DNA of 64,000 bases from Haliotis rubra (taxonomy: Eukaryota). Positions 38,386-51,739 of this stretch are shown piece by piece (position 1 is the stretch's first letter; every line of letters begins with the position of its first letter). Both the position numbers and the translations under genes were made by a program. The notes under the pieces were generated by a model that saw only the letters and a list, made by a program, of their open reading frames with translations, had not been told where the DNA came from and did not search any database. The stretch lies in contig NW_025767102.1 in assembly GCF_003918875.1 (NCBI RefSeq), positions 682,001 to 746,000 on the forward strand, read 5' to 3'.

Positions 38386-39678
38386 CAGTACAACCAGAAA
38401 TTATTGAGAATTTAAAGATTGTAATTTATTTTTTTTAATTTTTTTCACTCACTACTCACGTATTAAATGTGAATATTAGCAGAACATAACTCCAGATTCA
38501 AAGATAGGTGAACAGTAATTAGTATTTTGTCAAGTCACCATGGGCAGCAATGCAGGCTTCAATGCGGCGGGGCATACTACTGATCAAAGAAGTTAGAAAG
38601 TCGTGGTCCATGCTGTCCCAATATCGGACCACCTCTTCTTTCATTTTAGCAATATTTGTCAGATTTTTCTTATTGACACTTTCCTTCATAAGTCCCCAAA
38701 CATTCTATTGGATTTAGGTCAGGCCCATAGCTTGGCCAATCTAATAATGTCATATTTTGGGTCCGAAACCAGGCCTGTGAATGCTTTGAACGATGTTTTG
38801 GGTCGTTGGCTGGAAAATCCAAAAATTTCTATAGAACACGTGAGCAGATGGAAGAAAATGTCCTTCGAGAATATCTGTGTACCGCTCACTGTTCATATTC
38901 CCTTCAAATACACAGAGGGGCGTTGTCCCTAACACAAGTATGCCACCTCACACGTTCAATTTCGGACTGTACTTTGGGCGCTGGTACAAAGGTTTTTCAG
39001 TTTGTTTGGTCCAGAATTTCAGTGTATTAGGAAACAGCCACACAGAACTTTCGTCTGAGAAAATCACATTGTCCCAGTTAAAATTTCTATGCTGTAAGCA
39101 CCAGTTCAACATTCGCTTCTTTTGTTCAGGTTTCATGATCGGTGATGGAATTCCTCGACTTTTCTGCCAACCCATTGCATGCAGCTCACTTCGAATTGTC
39201 TCCTTACAGACAGCCACAGTTCCTCTATCAATCATATCCAGCCTTAAGTTTTCTAAACTACTTCCTTTGTTTTTAGAAACAAGAATACCAAGACGCCTCC
39301 TGTCACTGACAGTCAATTTTCCTGCGCCTCCCTGGTGCTCAATGCCATATCCATTTGCAATATTTTTCAAAACACGATAAACAGTGGACAAAGGGATGCC
39401 TGTTCTACTTGAAATCACTTTAGCTGATCTGATGTCCTTGTTATAATACTCTAAACTCAACTTCCTCTTCTCTAAATCATCCATACTGAGGATCACTGAA
39501 AATGTCGTCTGCTGGCAAGTAAACAAAGGGGGATAACTCTTCACAAACTAATGAAAAAGGATTAACGGAGTTGTCTCTCTTGAATGAAACCACGCAATTG
39601 ATAGCTGGTCAAGGTTATATATACTAGAAATCCAATTAAACATATTCCAAAAATTCTCAATAAGTTCTGGTCATACTA
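38386..39678 (-). mobile_element. second Tc1/mariner DNA transposon
   Basis: TIRs CAGTACAACCAGAAATTATTGAGAATTT / AAATTCTCAATAAGTTCTGGTCATACTA with TA flanks; empty site ATCATACTTC at ~9101 in copy 1. Confidence 0.9.
38519..39484 (-). pseudogene. Tc1-type transposase, disrupted
   Basis: HTH (GIPLSTVYRVLK), WDNVIFSDESS, FEGNMNSERYTDILE, PDLNPIE, SMPRRIEACIAAHGDLTKY; contains a stop and frameshifts. Confidence 0.88.
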
Positions 39679-40219
39679 TACTTCACCTTTCTCCCGCTAT
39701 GCAATTATCGTTTTATTGCTACAACGCAGCATATCAACGCTTTCAGAATCGTGTTACAATCCTTTGATGTAGAGTTCTCGATTACTAAAAGATAGCCATT
39801 GCTCACGACATATCAGAGTTACGTTTCAATATTTGAGCGTCAAACCGACATTTTTTCACACCCCAGCACGGAGAGACCTATCGCCATACAGGATCTGCAT
39901 ACTGAGTGCCATCACGGTGTCATGAGCTGGAGCGTACGTCGAATGAACAATGACCAAATTCTATGTAAACACACAGGATTAGGTCAAGAAAAACATAAAA
40001 GACAATACAATAGGTGCAGTTCGTTTTGACAATATTAATATATCAGGCCCTTTCATAAAATGTCTTAATGGTATCGTCCTGTTTCTTGATTTGTTGGAAC
40101 TATACCCAGACACGGGGCGAGGTTAACCAAAGTGGTTAACGTCTAAACCACGGCTTCCATTCGGGCTGATATATATACTTTTGTCAATTTGAAATATAAG
40201 TGGGTGTTTATTCATTGTA

Positions 40220-42150
40220 AAATTGACAGATGTCTCTGTTGCAATCTGAATGGTTGTAAATCATTAATAGGAATTTAATCTTCATTTGCGCTGTGCATGA
40301 ATAACATTTTTATCCTCAAAAAGTATCTTTTATCCTCAATCCAAACATTGCAAAACGTACCATTACAATTCCCGCCATCCCCTAATCGTAGAGCTACTAT
40401 CAGTTTTATCTAACGTTCCAACAATAACTTGAGTTACCTGACGTTTCAACATGTGATCGGAAAACTCATTACTTTGGGTTTGGACATAGGTGATATATGG
40501 AATAGCCTACTGGCAATCTGTCCCTCATGGCATAACATTAAAAATCAAACCCAAGTTTCGAATAGCAAATATTAATTCCCTGGGGACAATTCCACGTTGC
40601 TCTCGAAACAAGATCCAAACGTAGGGCTATTTTGTTATGGCACAGCCCTACGTTTATCGATCCACCGTGCCGTGAATTGCATTTTTTATTACTAACATTC
40701 GAGAACAGTCTGGGAAGAAAACGCATCTACATTGTGTAACGTGAGGTCGATGATCAACAAAGCAGGTAATAAAATACCGCCACAGATTAACTGTACCAAG
40801 AAGTAGCGTCTAGAAAGTCTGCGATAATATGATTTATGAGCCATAGACATCTCAAACCGTCGGCTATGTATGAACACGTTCTGGAATAGACATATAATTG
40901 AAAAATACCTTTACGATTTTTTCTGTCTAAAGGAAGATCTCTCCAACACACCCTTATGCTTTTATCTAAAATTCGACGCTTTACCGGAAAGTGGACAATC
41001 CCGTGTTGAAAGTGGCCGAGTAGTACATACAAGTATGGGGACATGAGCACCATTTAGATGGTAGGCGACTGGAAAATGCTTACTGATCCGCAATTGAGCA
41101 ATTTGAAAAAATCATTAAATCCAATTAAAGGTTCTATAGAGGAGAGAAGAGGTTGCTGGGATCCGCTTTTTGTTGGTAAAGTGCCAGGTTATGATTATTA
41201 TTCTTGGTTTACCACTATACCCATGCTCGACGAAAAGCATTACTTCTGACATTCCGCCCATATCTAGCAGACCCAACATTACATCTCGCAAAGGGAGATT
41301 AGGGAATTATGTACAAACAAATAAATACCTTTTGAAACTGAAATGAAACTATAAATGCTGAAGATATTCCCAGTTCTCTTTTCAACTGGATTTCCGAGAA
41401 TCCGTACAAGGAAAGTCTTAGGGAAATTGCTTAGAGAGTCCAGCAAATTTAATCCTTAATACAATCAGGAAAGGCCTTTCATTTTTATTTACTGTGGGTA
41501 AGTTGAGACAAGCGGAATTAAAACCACGTACAATCTCTCAGACGCAAAGGATCTGCTTGACATATTGCGTTCTCAGAAAAGAACCAATTTCTATTTTGAC
41601 AAAACATTTGATTTGGCTAACTTAGGAAAAACTTCATTCCTTGATCAATGTGGCTTTTGTTACAAAACGTGCTGACCACTGAAATCTTGCTTCGTGTCTC
41701 AAAGATGAAAGGAAATATTGACTTAGAGATCAATACGTGAAATGCCTAACGTCTTCATTGATAAAATCTGTGAAACATGGGGCTATAAAACATTAAACGA
41801 GAATCAGACATCTCCATGAGCAACTGAACAATGAATGTAGGAGATCACTCAAATGTCAATATAGTTTTCATATTTAGACATAAAGATTTGGTGCAACCAA
41901 ACATCCTTAAAAACACTGTATGACCTGAAGGATGACTTCTGAGGTGTCAGCTTAGCAACAGGAGTCAACGATTTACAATGTTCAAAAGCGTCTAAAGTTC
42001 AAGCGTTATTTGTTTGGGGTTGCAACATTCAAACGCTCGGTAAAGGTTTCTAAACCTTTTAAGCTAGTGTGGAGGACATTTCAAATTTGAAAGTAATTAA
42101 TAAGGTTTCTGATGCATTTACTTTCTTTGAGTTGTACCATATGTTCCCAT
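40220..42150 (+). pseudogene. decayed Penelope-like ORF, copy 3
   Basis: VGDWKMLTD, ETSGIKTTYNLSDAKDLLDIL..KTFDLANL, FSYLDIKI..TLYDLKDDF. Confidence 0.7.
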
Positions 42151-42629
42151 TTCTTCAGTTGAATACTTGACTTGCCTTTGCATGTGTATGTGACTGGTGC
42201 CACTAACAGTGATTTATAAACACATGATCATGATTCTATTCTATTCTCATGAATGGTGCAATCGCCTCTGGTTTGGGCAGAAATTATTTGAGGCTAAGGA
42301 AAGGGATTTGTTGCAGACGTCTTCTCCACGTTTTGCGATTTATAGGGTTTTTTCCAATTCGCCCATCTTAATATGGATGCGATAGGGCGGTATAGGAGTG
42401 GTAGTTCTAGTACTAGTAACAGCTTCGGTCTGGCTAAAGGAATATGATATGCGGATGTTGTGAAGAACTCTTTTGGAAGATGGCGACACACCAGAAATTA
42501 CATCACCACTAATGTATTCATGCGTTTCGTGACATGATTCCAGAACATGAACATTTGCGCTTCCCTCAGTGATCTGAATGTTTGATACAGGTCTCTCACA
42601 ATATGACGGAACAGGACACTTTTGCGTCT

Positions 42630-43010
42630 ACTTAACATTGGTTGACTACCTCGTCAATGGCCAACATAATGTTGATGGGGTGAGGAAACGTCGTGCGAAC
42701 ATCAAGGCAATGCGTCTGGGGAAACATAATGGCTCTTATTCCACCTCGTACCTGTGCATATGCTGGCTGTTCTCGCCTTGGCTACAACTATCCTTTACTG
42801 ATGCTTTGAAATTCATGAGACATCCTCCACATTTGCTATCGTGAGATGTACGGCTATTGCCAATTGTGAAGACAGAACGGCCTGATAATGACTATACTTT
42901 TGCTGTGGACGACACTTTGGAGCACCAGAATCAAGCCTTCTACACCAGCAGAACCAAAGCAATACATCCCTGTTGGCAGAAGGGTGTGTTTTCGAAGGGA
43001 AAAACAATTC
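42630..43010 (+). pseudogene. decayed mariner transposase C-terminus, copy 3
   Basis: VDYLVNGQH..NIKAMRLGK..MRHPPH..AVDDTLEHQNQAFYTSRTKAIHPCWQKGV. Confidence 0.75.
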
Positions 43011-43857
43011 CTCAACTTATTTCTTCAACAAGGCCATCCCAGCCACCCCTCATACCTCATAACAACCACTCATGATCAGTTGCATGTTATACACTTAATT
43101 ATTCCCAGGCAGTTGTGGTGATGCTGAAATATTGCTGACTTGTGTAACACGACATTCAAACCCTTGGTACTGTGCTCATATTCTGTCCTCGATATCCCAA
43201 ACTTAGTAAGGTGTGGTTCCAGGGATCCAGGATTTCATTACATACTTTCATAAACTTCATGATTATAATTATACTCGTTTTGTTTGCTCTTTCACGGTGT
43301 CGAGTTTCTCACTGAAAGTTTCTTTCAAATCTGAAGAGCGAAGTCGGTTATCTCACATTCCTCATCACCCCTGGGATTGCCAGCCACTGATTGGATGCCT
43401 CCTTACACCAGTGATGGCATTTAGAAAGCTTGTGTGTGGTCGTGCAACCATCTAGACTAACGCTTGAAATCAATAATAGAATCACACCAATATACTGATG
43501 CTTTTCGAAGAGGCACGGTAATTTCTTTGTTCATTAATGAAACAAAAGTAGAGTGTTTCCATTCGAGCGCAAAATGAAAGCTCTTCAAAGGCATGGTGGT
43601 GTTTCCTCAGTCATCGGAGCAGTTTGTAAAAGCAATCTTGGTTCTTTTCGTGACTGTTTTCATCATTATTTTCATAATTTCTTTCCACGCGTTTAGATGA
43701 CAGCGTAGTTATGCTTGTAAAGTCATGACAACCATTCCCCTGAAATAAATGTTGCTGTCACTATTTTCTACAGTCCTGTATCATCATGGTACAAGGTGAC
43801 AGTGACTTCATGCTCAAGTTTAGCAATGTTTGCTCAACATAGACATTACAATGCGTC

Positions 43858-46800
43858 GACGCTATGTGAACACATAGTTACACAAGGCGCGTGCTTGCAA
43901 CGCTATGTGAACACACACTTTACACAAGGCACGTGTCTGTGAAGCTATATGAACACACACTTTACACAAGGCACGTGTCTGTGACGCTATATGAACACAC
44001 ACTTTACACAAGGCACGTGTCTGTGACGCTATGTGAACACACACTTTACACAAGGCATGTATCTGTGACGCTATGTGAACACACACTTTACACAAGGCAT
44101 GTATCTGTGACGCTATGTGAACACACACTTTACACAAGGCATGTATCTGTGACGCTATGTGAACACACACTTTACACAAGGCGCCTGCCTGTGACGCAAT
44201 GTGAACACACACTTTACACAAGGCGCCTGCCTGTGACGCTATGTGAACACACACTTTACACACAAGGCGCAATGACGCTATGTGAACACACACTTTACAC
44301 AAGGCGCCTGTGCGGTATGTGACACTTTACACAAGGCATGTATGCTATGAACACACACTTTACACAAGGCGCCTGCCTGTGACGCAATGTGAACACACAC
44401 TTTACACAAGGCGCCTGCCTGTGACGCTATGTGAACACACTTTACACAAGGAGCCTGTCTGTGACGCTATGTGAGCACACCCTTTACACAAGGAGCGTCT
44501 GTGACGCTATGTGACGCTGTGACGCTTTGTGAACAAACACTTTACACAAGGCACGTATCTGTGCCGCTATGTGAACAAACACTTTACACAAGGCATGTAT
44601 CTGTGACGCTATGTGAACACACACTTTACACAAGGCGCCTGCCTGTGACGCTATGTGAACACACACTTTACACAAGGCATGTATCTGTGACGCTATGTGA
44701 ACACACACTTTACACAAGGCATGTATCTGTGACGATATGTGAACACACACTTTACACAAGGCGCCTGCCTGTGACGCTATGTGAACACACACTTTACACA
44801 AGGCATGTATCTGTGACGCTTTGTGAACAAACACTTTACACAAGGCATGTATCTGTGACGCTATGTGAACACACACTTTACACAAGGCACGTGTCTGTGA
44901 CGCTATGTGAACAAACACTTTACACAAGGCATGTATCTGTGACGCTATGTGAACAAACACTTTACACCAGGCGCCTGCCTGTGACGCTATGTGAACACAC
45001 ACTTTACACAAGGCGCCTGCCTGTGACGCTATGTGAACAAACACTTTACACAAGGCACGTATCTGTGACGCTTTATGAACAAACACTTTACACAAGGCAC
45101 GTGTCTGTGACTCTATGTGAACACACACTTTATACAAGGCACGTGTCTGTGACGCTATGTGAACAAACACTTTACACAAGGCATGTGTCTGTGACGCTAT
45201 GTGAACACCCTTTACACAAGGCGCCTGCCTGTGACGCTATGTGAACACACACTTTACACAAGGTGCCTGCCTGTGACGCTATGTGAACACCCTTTACACA
45301 AGGCGCCTGCCTGTGACGCTATGTGAACACACACTTTACACAAGGCACGTATCTGTGACGCTATATGAACAAACACTTTATACAAGGCACGTGTCTGTGA
45401 CGCTATGTGAACACACACTTTACACAAGGCACGTATCTGTGACGCTATGTGAACACACACTTTACACAAGGCGCCTGCCTGTGACGCTATGTGAACACAC
45501 ACTTTACACAAGGCGCCTGCCTGTGACGCTATGTGAACACACACTTTACACAAGGCGCCTGCCTGTGACGCTATGTGAACACACACTTTACACAAGGCAC
45601 GTATCTGTGACGCTATGTGAACACACACTTTACACAAGGCACGTGTCTGTGACGCTATGTGAACACACCCTTTACACAAGGCATGTATCTGTGACGCTAT
45701 GTGAACACATACTTTACACAAGGCGCCTGCCTGTGACGCTATGTGAAACACCCTTTACACAAGGCATGTGCCTGTGACGCTATGTGAACACATACTTTAC
45801 ACAAGGCGCCTGCCTGTGACGCTATGTGAACACACACTTTACACAAGGCACGTATCTGTGACGCTATGTGAACACATACTTTATACAAGGCACGTGTCTG
45901 TGACGCTATGTGAACACACCCTTTACACAAGGTATGTATCTGTGACGCTATGTGAACACATACTTTATACAAGGCACGTGTCTGTGACGCTATGTGAACA
46001 AACACTTTACACAAGGCATGTATCTGTGACGCTATATGAACACACAGTTTACACAAGGCACGTATCTGTGACGCTATATGAACAAACACTTTATACAAGG
46101 CACGTGTCTGTGACGCTATGTGAACACACACTTTACACAAGGCACGTATCTGTGACGCTATGTGAGCACACAGTTTACACAAGGCACGTGTCTGTGACGC
46201 TATATGAACAAACACTTTACACAAGGCACGTGTCTGTGACTCTATGTGAACACACACTTTACACAAGGCATGTGTCTGTGACGCTTTGTGAACAAACACT
46301 TTACACAAGGCACGTATCTGTGACGCTTTGTGAACAAACACTTTACACAAGGCATGTGTCTGTGACGCTATGTGAACACACACTTTATACAACGCGCCTG
46401 CCTGTGACGCTATGTGAACACACACTTTACACAAGGCATGTAACTGTGACGTTATGTGAACACACACTTTACACAAGCCATGTAACTGTGACGCTATGGA
46501 AACACACACTTTACACAAGGTATGTATCTGTGACGCTATGTGAACACCCTTTACACAAGGAGCCTGTCTGTGACGCTATGTGAGCACACACTTTACACAA
46601 GGCGCCTGCCTGTGACGCTATGTGAACACACACTTTACACAAGGCGCCTGCCTGTGACGCTATGTGAGCACACACTTTACACAAGGCACGTATCTGTGAC
46701 GCTATGTGAACACACACTTTACACAAAGCACGTGTCTGTGACGCTATGTGAACACACACTTTACACAAGGCACGTACATGTAACGCCATCTGAACACACA

Positions 46801-46925
46801 CTTTACACAAGGCACGTGCCTGTGACACTATGTGAACACACACTTTACACAAGGCGCCTGCCTGCGATACTATGCGAGCACATTCTTTACACAATTTGCT
46901 TGTCTGTGACGCTATGTGAACACTG
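43858..46925 (+). repeat. 42-bp minisatellite, ~70+ units (degenerate units continue to ~47170)
   Basis: GTGACGCTATGTGAACACACACTTTACACAAGG followed by CACGTATCT, CATGTATCT, CACGTGTCT or CGCCTGCCT. Confidence 0.98.
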
Positions 46926-48771
46926 AACACTTGTTTTTACGCAAGGCAGTATCAATCTGTGACGCCTTATGAATACATGCTTTAAAAAAGATGCTTCTTT
47001 GTGACGCGACAGGAACAGATATATTACAAAATATGTGCTCTTTACTCCATGTGAGCACCTACTATGTTCATGATACTTGTCTGTGAGACGGTGTAAACAC
47101 ATATGTCACACAAGGTCTTTTCTGTGACGCTTATCAACACATACCTCACACAAGGTGCTTCTGATACAACATCAACATTCTATGACGTTACATGAAGATA
47201 AAACTGGGGAAGGGTTATTCTTAAGATGGACAACACGTGACACAGAGGTTCCATATGAACTCCGGGAACTCAGTGAGCACACATGGTAATGTCAATGCCG
47301 AATGACTTGCCAGCTGAAGATCAAAATACAATATTTAAGGATATTTAAGGAACAGATCATTCAATCAAGTGTGTAAACGTATTACCGAATACAAATCTCC
47401 CATCTGCTAATTGTCACAACTGGCTTCGCTTATATCTATCTAAGTATGACTGGCAGGGGCAAGACAAAACTATATATACACTATTTGTCATGATTACTCC
47501 CAACTTCTAAATACCTGTAAAACTCCTATACAGTAGAGTTATTGTCATTTATTGGTAGTATGCCACCACACGCGTCTGTCCAACTACTGCATGCAATCAG
47601 CTAATCCATTTATACAGGCAGCGACATTTAGGTGAGAGGTAAATAGATTGCTAAACCAGCGAGTCGTCATGTGCCATAGTTTCTTTAAGACAGCGCGTCA
47701 GTTTCTCATTACAGAAAAAATCCCTTCAGTCCTTAACAATGTTAACGGTGTTCGTGTCAATTCAGGCAAACTTTTTTCGTCTCTTGGGACTAACACTTCT
47801 GTTTTTAAAATATCTTGGGCAAAAACATTCTACAGTTTTACAAGTTGACGTCGAGACGATTTCTTTTGTAGCACAAAACATCTATACAGCGAAGACGATC
47901 GTTATAAACGTCATGAATGTTTACAAGGTGTTTTAGCTGAAAAAGTTGTATCTTCAATCACGTGTATACAGTAGGCACTACAGAGACGATTGATGCCAAA
48001 ACCATTCGGTGTAACATTGTTAAGTGTGTTTTCAAATTAAAAACCTAGAGAGCGTCTGTTGCATTTGTACAGATTGGGTTCATCAAACGCGAGAAAAAAT
48101 GTGATTTGGGCAGCTGTCAATGCTGGTTCATCTCCAACCATGAGAGATCTCTACAGCTTCAGTTTTTGTCGTAGACATGTGTATCTGTTGAATAAAATAC
48201 ACGTCCTCCATTTCAGGACCAGGAACTGCATTTAACATTTAAACCTTATAATGAGGTCTGTGATATCGCATAGTAAATTCATCTGAGTAATCAAACGGCA
48301 AATTATATTCACACTAACATAACGGACCATTTCTTCAAATTCTGGTGTAACTGGATCACTGAGATCAAATTTAAAAGTGAGAAATGAACGCAATGTCCTG
48401 CTTTAAAGGGTCCAGCAACACATGGACCACTGCGACACACAGTAGCTGTCATCACAATTCAACTCCACTGTAACAAGAATATTCACTTCATTTAAAAATC
48501 CATCCATCTTTTTTGGTTGTTACTGGAGACTTATGGTAATCCAGTTTCACAAGGGAGAAGGAAATGACCGAGTTCCTTGCCTAATACCAATAGGTGTCAT
48601 AGCAATTGACTGCGCCTGTTACAGATTGTGGTTACATCTTCCTTTTAAGAGAAGAATTACATAAGCCTTGGAGACTGTATTTTCTCCGTCCTTCGTGTTC
48701 ACATTCCTTTTAAAAACTCACTGAGTGAGTGTTGTAATAATATAATTTGAACAATAGCTTTCACACATAAG

Positions 48772-48938
48772 AGTGAGTGAGCACAGTTTTACGCCGCTTT
48801 ATGCAATGTTCCATCAGTATCACGGCGGGGGACACCAGAAATGTGCTTTACACATTATAGGGAATTATGTGTGGAATCGAAACTGGGTCTTCGGCGTGAC
48901 GAGCGAACGCTTTAACCACTCGGCTACCAGGCCGCCCC
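48772..48938 (-). mobile_element. short tRNA-headed SINE family B (other copies ~54628-54778 -, 54789-54934 +, 56790-56935 +, 58070-58236 +, 62677-62820 -, 63532-63693 -)
   Basis: tRNA-like head (TAGCCnAGTGG, GTTCGATTCC), GAAGCCCATTTCTGGTGTCCCCCGCCGTGAT body and LINE-like 3' end with (ACTC)n. Confidence 0.85.
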
Positions 48939-49147
48939 TTAACACATATGGTGAACAACAAGTGATGATGCTGAAATATAGACGGTAAGGAAATCAATGA
49001 GTGATTAGTGAGTTGGGTTTTATGCAGCCTTTAGCAATGTTCCAACTATACTGCGGTGCAGGACTCCAGGAAGGCTATTCACTGGTAACCCCGTGGGTAC
49101 CCTAAACACGTAAATCTTAGGTTTTGGTACGTGTGTGTAAATATCAT

Positions 49148-49370
49148 CCGTGAAGATCCGTGTTAGAATTGGCCTTCAGCAAACCATGCTTGTCCTAAGA
49201 GGAGACTAACGGGATCGGGTGGTCAGGCTCGCTGACTTGGTTCACACATGTGCTCGCATCCCAATTGCGTAGAAAGATGTTGATCACTGAACTGTCAGGT
49301 CCTCGATTATTTACAGGCCGCCGTCATATACCGGACATTTGGCTGAGAGCAGCAAACAAACAAACAAACA
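49148..49370 (+). mobile_element. headless SINE family A
   Basis: Starts CCGTGAAGATCC; (AAAC)n tail. Confidence 0.85.
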
Positions 49371-50032
49371 GGTGTGTAAATAGCATGTGCTACCTTTCCT
49401 AGTAAATCCAGAGAGATCGTAGCTCAAATGACACGTCTGTGAAACCTATACCTGGTGTTCTCCGTCGTGATAATAGGCGGTACTTGCTAAAAACCGTACC
49501 CACTCACTGAAAAGAACACAAATGTTCGGTATGTAAAACCAGTGCACATCTCCACTGAGAAAGTGAATTATAAGTTACAAAGCCAAAACGTGAAAAAATA
49601 TTCATTTGTTGTGACTATACAATTATCTGTGATGTTCAACAGACACTCGGTATGGTGAGCTGACATATAAAGATCTCCATCATGACATTTGTCGCGGCCA
49701 GTAAAAGCAAGTATATGGGATTATACAAGACGGCGACGGGCGAATATCAGATTACCAAGCTCCTCGACGAGTAACGACAGCATAATAGTATAAAAAAACA
49801 AAATCCCATGCAAAATGGGAGATATAGGGTTACATGTTTCGTTTTCCGGTACAAGTCATCAGTCTTCAATGGAGATACTGTCAAGAACCAATTAGGACTA
49901 TAGTCTGGGTCATGTTGGGGTTGGGGTCAGATTAATATTGGTGTCATTTGTCAATAACGGAGGGCATGATTCGCATCCTACTGACCCAATATCCGGGCAG
50001 GTACGTTTGGACTGGGATGTAGATCCAACTGG

Positions 50033-50455
50033 AGGGGGGCATGGTGGGCGAGCTGTGTTAGGCGCTGGATAGTGGTCCAGCGAGTTTGAGCTCGAGCTCA
50101 CCTGTGACCGGGTGTAAAAACCTTTGAGTCAACTTTGTGCGCAGACTCTTTCAGTGTTGTCACAACCCCTAGTGTACAGTACACAGCCCGCACTTAAAAG
50201 AACCCACGAATCCGTTGGTATGTGACCAGATGGTGGCCACATAAATACTTGAAAACACATAGTTGCGGGTACAGCAACGTGTAGTAAACTTAAGTCCAAG
50301 TCCACCCCAGGGAGTTGAGATTGATGACACGATGTGCCGTTCATATTGACGTCCAATGATCGAGGGGGAAAATACCAGCGCCTTGAGCATGTACTAGTTG
50401 CGTGGATATGTGCGCTATATATAAATACAAATAAAAACAAATAAAAAAACAACAC
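50033..50455 (+). mobile_element. tRNA-derived SINE with a MESC-like core and a CR1/L2-like 3' tail
   Basis: Degenerate tRNA head, GAGTCAACTTTGTGCGCAGACTCT..CACAACCCC..GCACTTAAAAGAACCC core, and CAGCGCCTTGAG..GCGCTATATATAAATA plus an A-rich tail. Confidence 0.65.
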
Positions 50456-50686
50456 AGACAGACCAGGACTGGGCCCCAGTGTTTAAACTGATGAATCATA
50501 CACTATCTATGCTGCACCTACTGAGGCGAGTCCGCGTGTCAAGTAGACAAGGAGATTTCAAGATTTCAGCGTAGTCAACGTGGCTGATTTGTGTTGGGCT
50601 CTCAGTCATAAATTCTGTTGAGATCAGTAGACAGGAATCCCGATCTACATCGGGAAACCAGGAAAAACGCGCAACAGGCATGACAA

Positions 50687-50924
50687 CCCGTGAAGATCCG
50701 GGTTAGAATTGGTCTTCAGTAACCCATGCTTGTCGTAAGAGGCGATTAACGGGATCTGTTTGTCAGAATTGCTGACTTGGTTGACACATGCCATGGTATC
50801 AACATTGCGTAGATCGATGCTCATGATGTTGATCACTGGATTGTCTGGTCAAGACTCGATTATTTACAGACCGCCGCCATATATCTGATAAACTTACTCA
50901 CTCACTCACTCACCCACTCACTCC
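50687..50924 (+). mobile_element. headless SINE family A with TSD-like flanks
   Basis: Starts CCCGTGAAGATCC with (ACTC)n tail; CAGGCATGACA on both sides (50675-50685 and 50925-50935). Confidence 0.9.
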
Positions 50925-51739
50925 AGGCATGACATTCAGGATTTGTACGCGAGACCGTATGCTGGTGGCATAGAACCGGGCTTCATCTAATGATCGAGGT
51001 ACGAGCTGACTGCACGGGATAAAAGGGGGACTATATGTTCCCTTGCTAATTTGAATGTTAATGCTTTTGTTCACTTGTTATAGAGTGACATGAATCATAC
51101 TTTCATAATGTAACTGAAGATAACTGACTATCGAAATACATTCAGAACTATCTCACTCAGACTATTTACCAGGCAGAATCTCATGTGAATCAAATATACT
51201 GGGGAAAAAAACATGTATACGGAAAATATTCTGAAAATATTTTAATTATTCCCTGGACGAATTCCTTATTAATAAACTGGGAAAATCACACATTTGCAAA
51301 AGTAGAATTGGTAAAAACATTACAAACTTTGTCAAAACGTTAGAAACCCCATGAAAACCCGGGTTATAATTTATCTTCAGCAACCCATGCTTGTCGTAAG
51401 GGGCGACTAACAGGATTAGGTGGTCCTGCGCCCTGACTTAGTCGACACATGTCATCACCATTGTCATTCGGGGTGCGACATTGAAAACAAAGAAACAAAA
51501 CTTAGCTGAAAACAATCGCCAAAACACTGCATACTTAGGTTCAAAACACTACTAAACTGGCGTACAAAAGAAACTAAACATTTGGTGCTTTGGCGTGGTT
51601 TTTAGCATACATTCTTTTGTGTAAACTATTCCGAAAACTTAACAACATATATCATCAACCGCTTGTACCTTTTGATAGCTTACTGACCGAAATTATATTA
51701 ATAAAACCCGTTCGAAGTATATAAGAAATCTGGGCATTT

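Larger units (their letters stand above)
34250..48475 (+). repeat. tandem segmental duplication unit, copy 3
   Basis: Colinear homology with copies 1 and 2. Confidence 0.9.

Noticed and set aside
43862-46930. Long Cys/His-rich ORFs on both strands (VTLCEHTLYTRHVS / LCKVCVHIASQ) as a metal-binding repeat protein or a CRISPR-like array
   Set aside because: A 42-bp unit without stops opens frames by default, and unit-length indels break the frame repeatedly. The variable slot has only a few recurring states rather than unique spacers, and the context is eukaryotic with no cas genes.
49825-49870. Minus-strand CTGATGA...GAAACATGTA resembling a minimal PLE hammerhead
   Set aside because: Stem II lacks a closing pair and no stem I can be formed.
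49910-50455. Pro/Cys-rich and signal-like ORFs on the minus strand
   Set aside because: They are largely antisense to a recognisable SINE, and the hydrophobic start comes from its A-rich tail.
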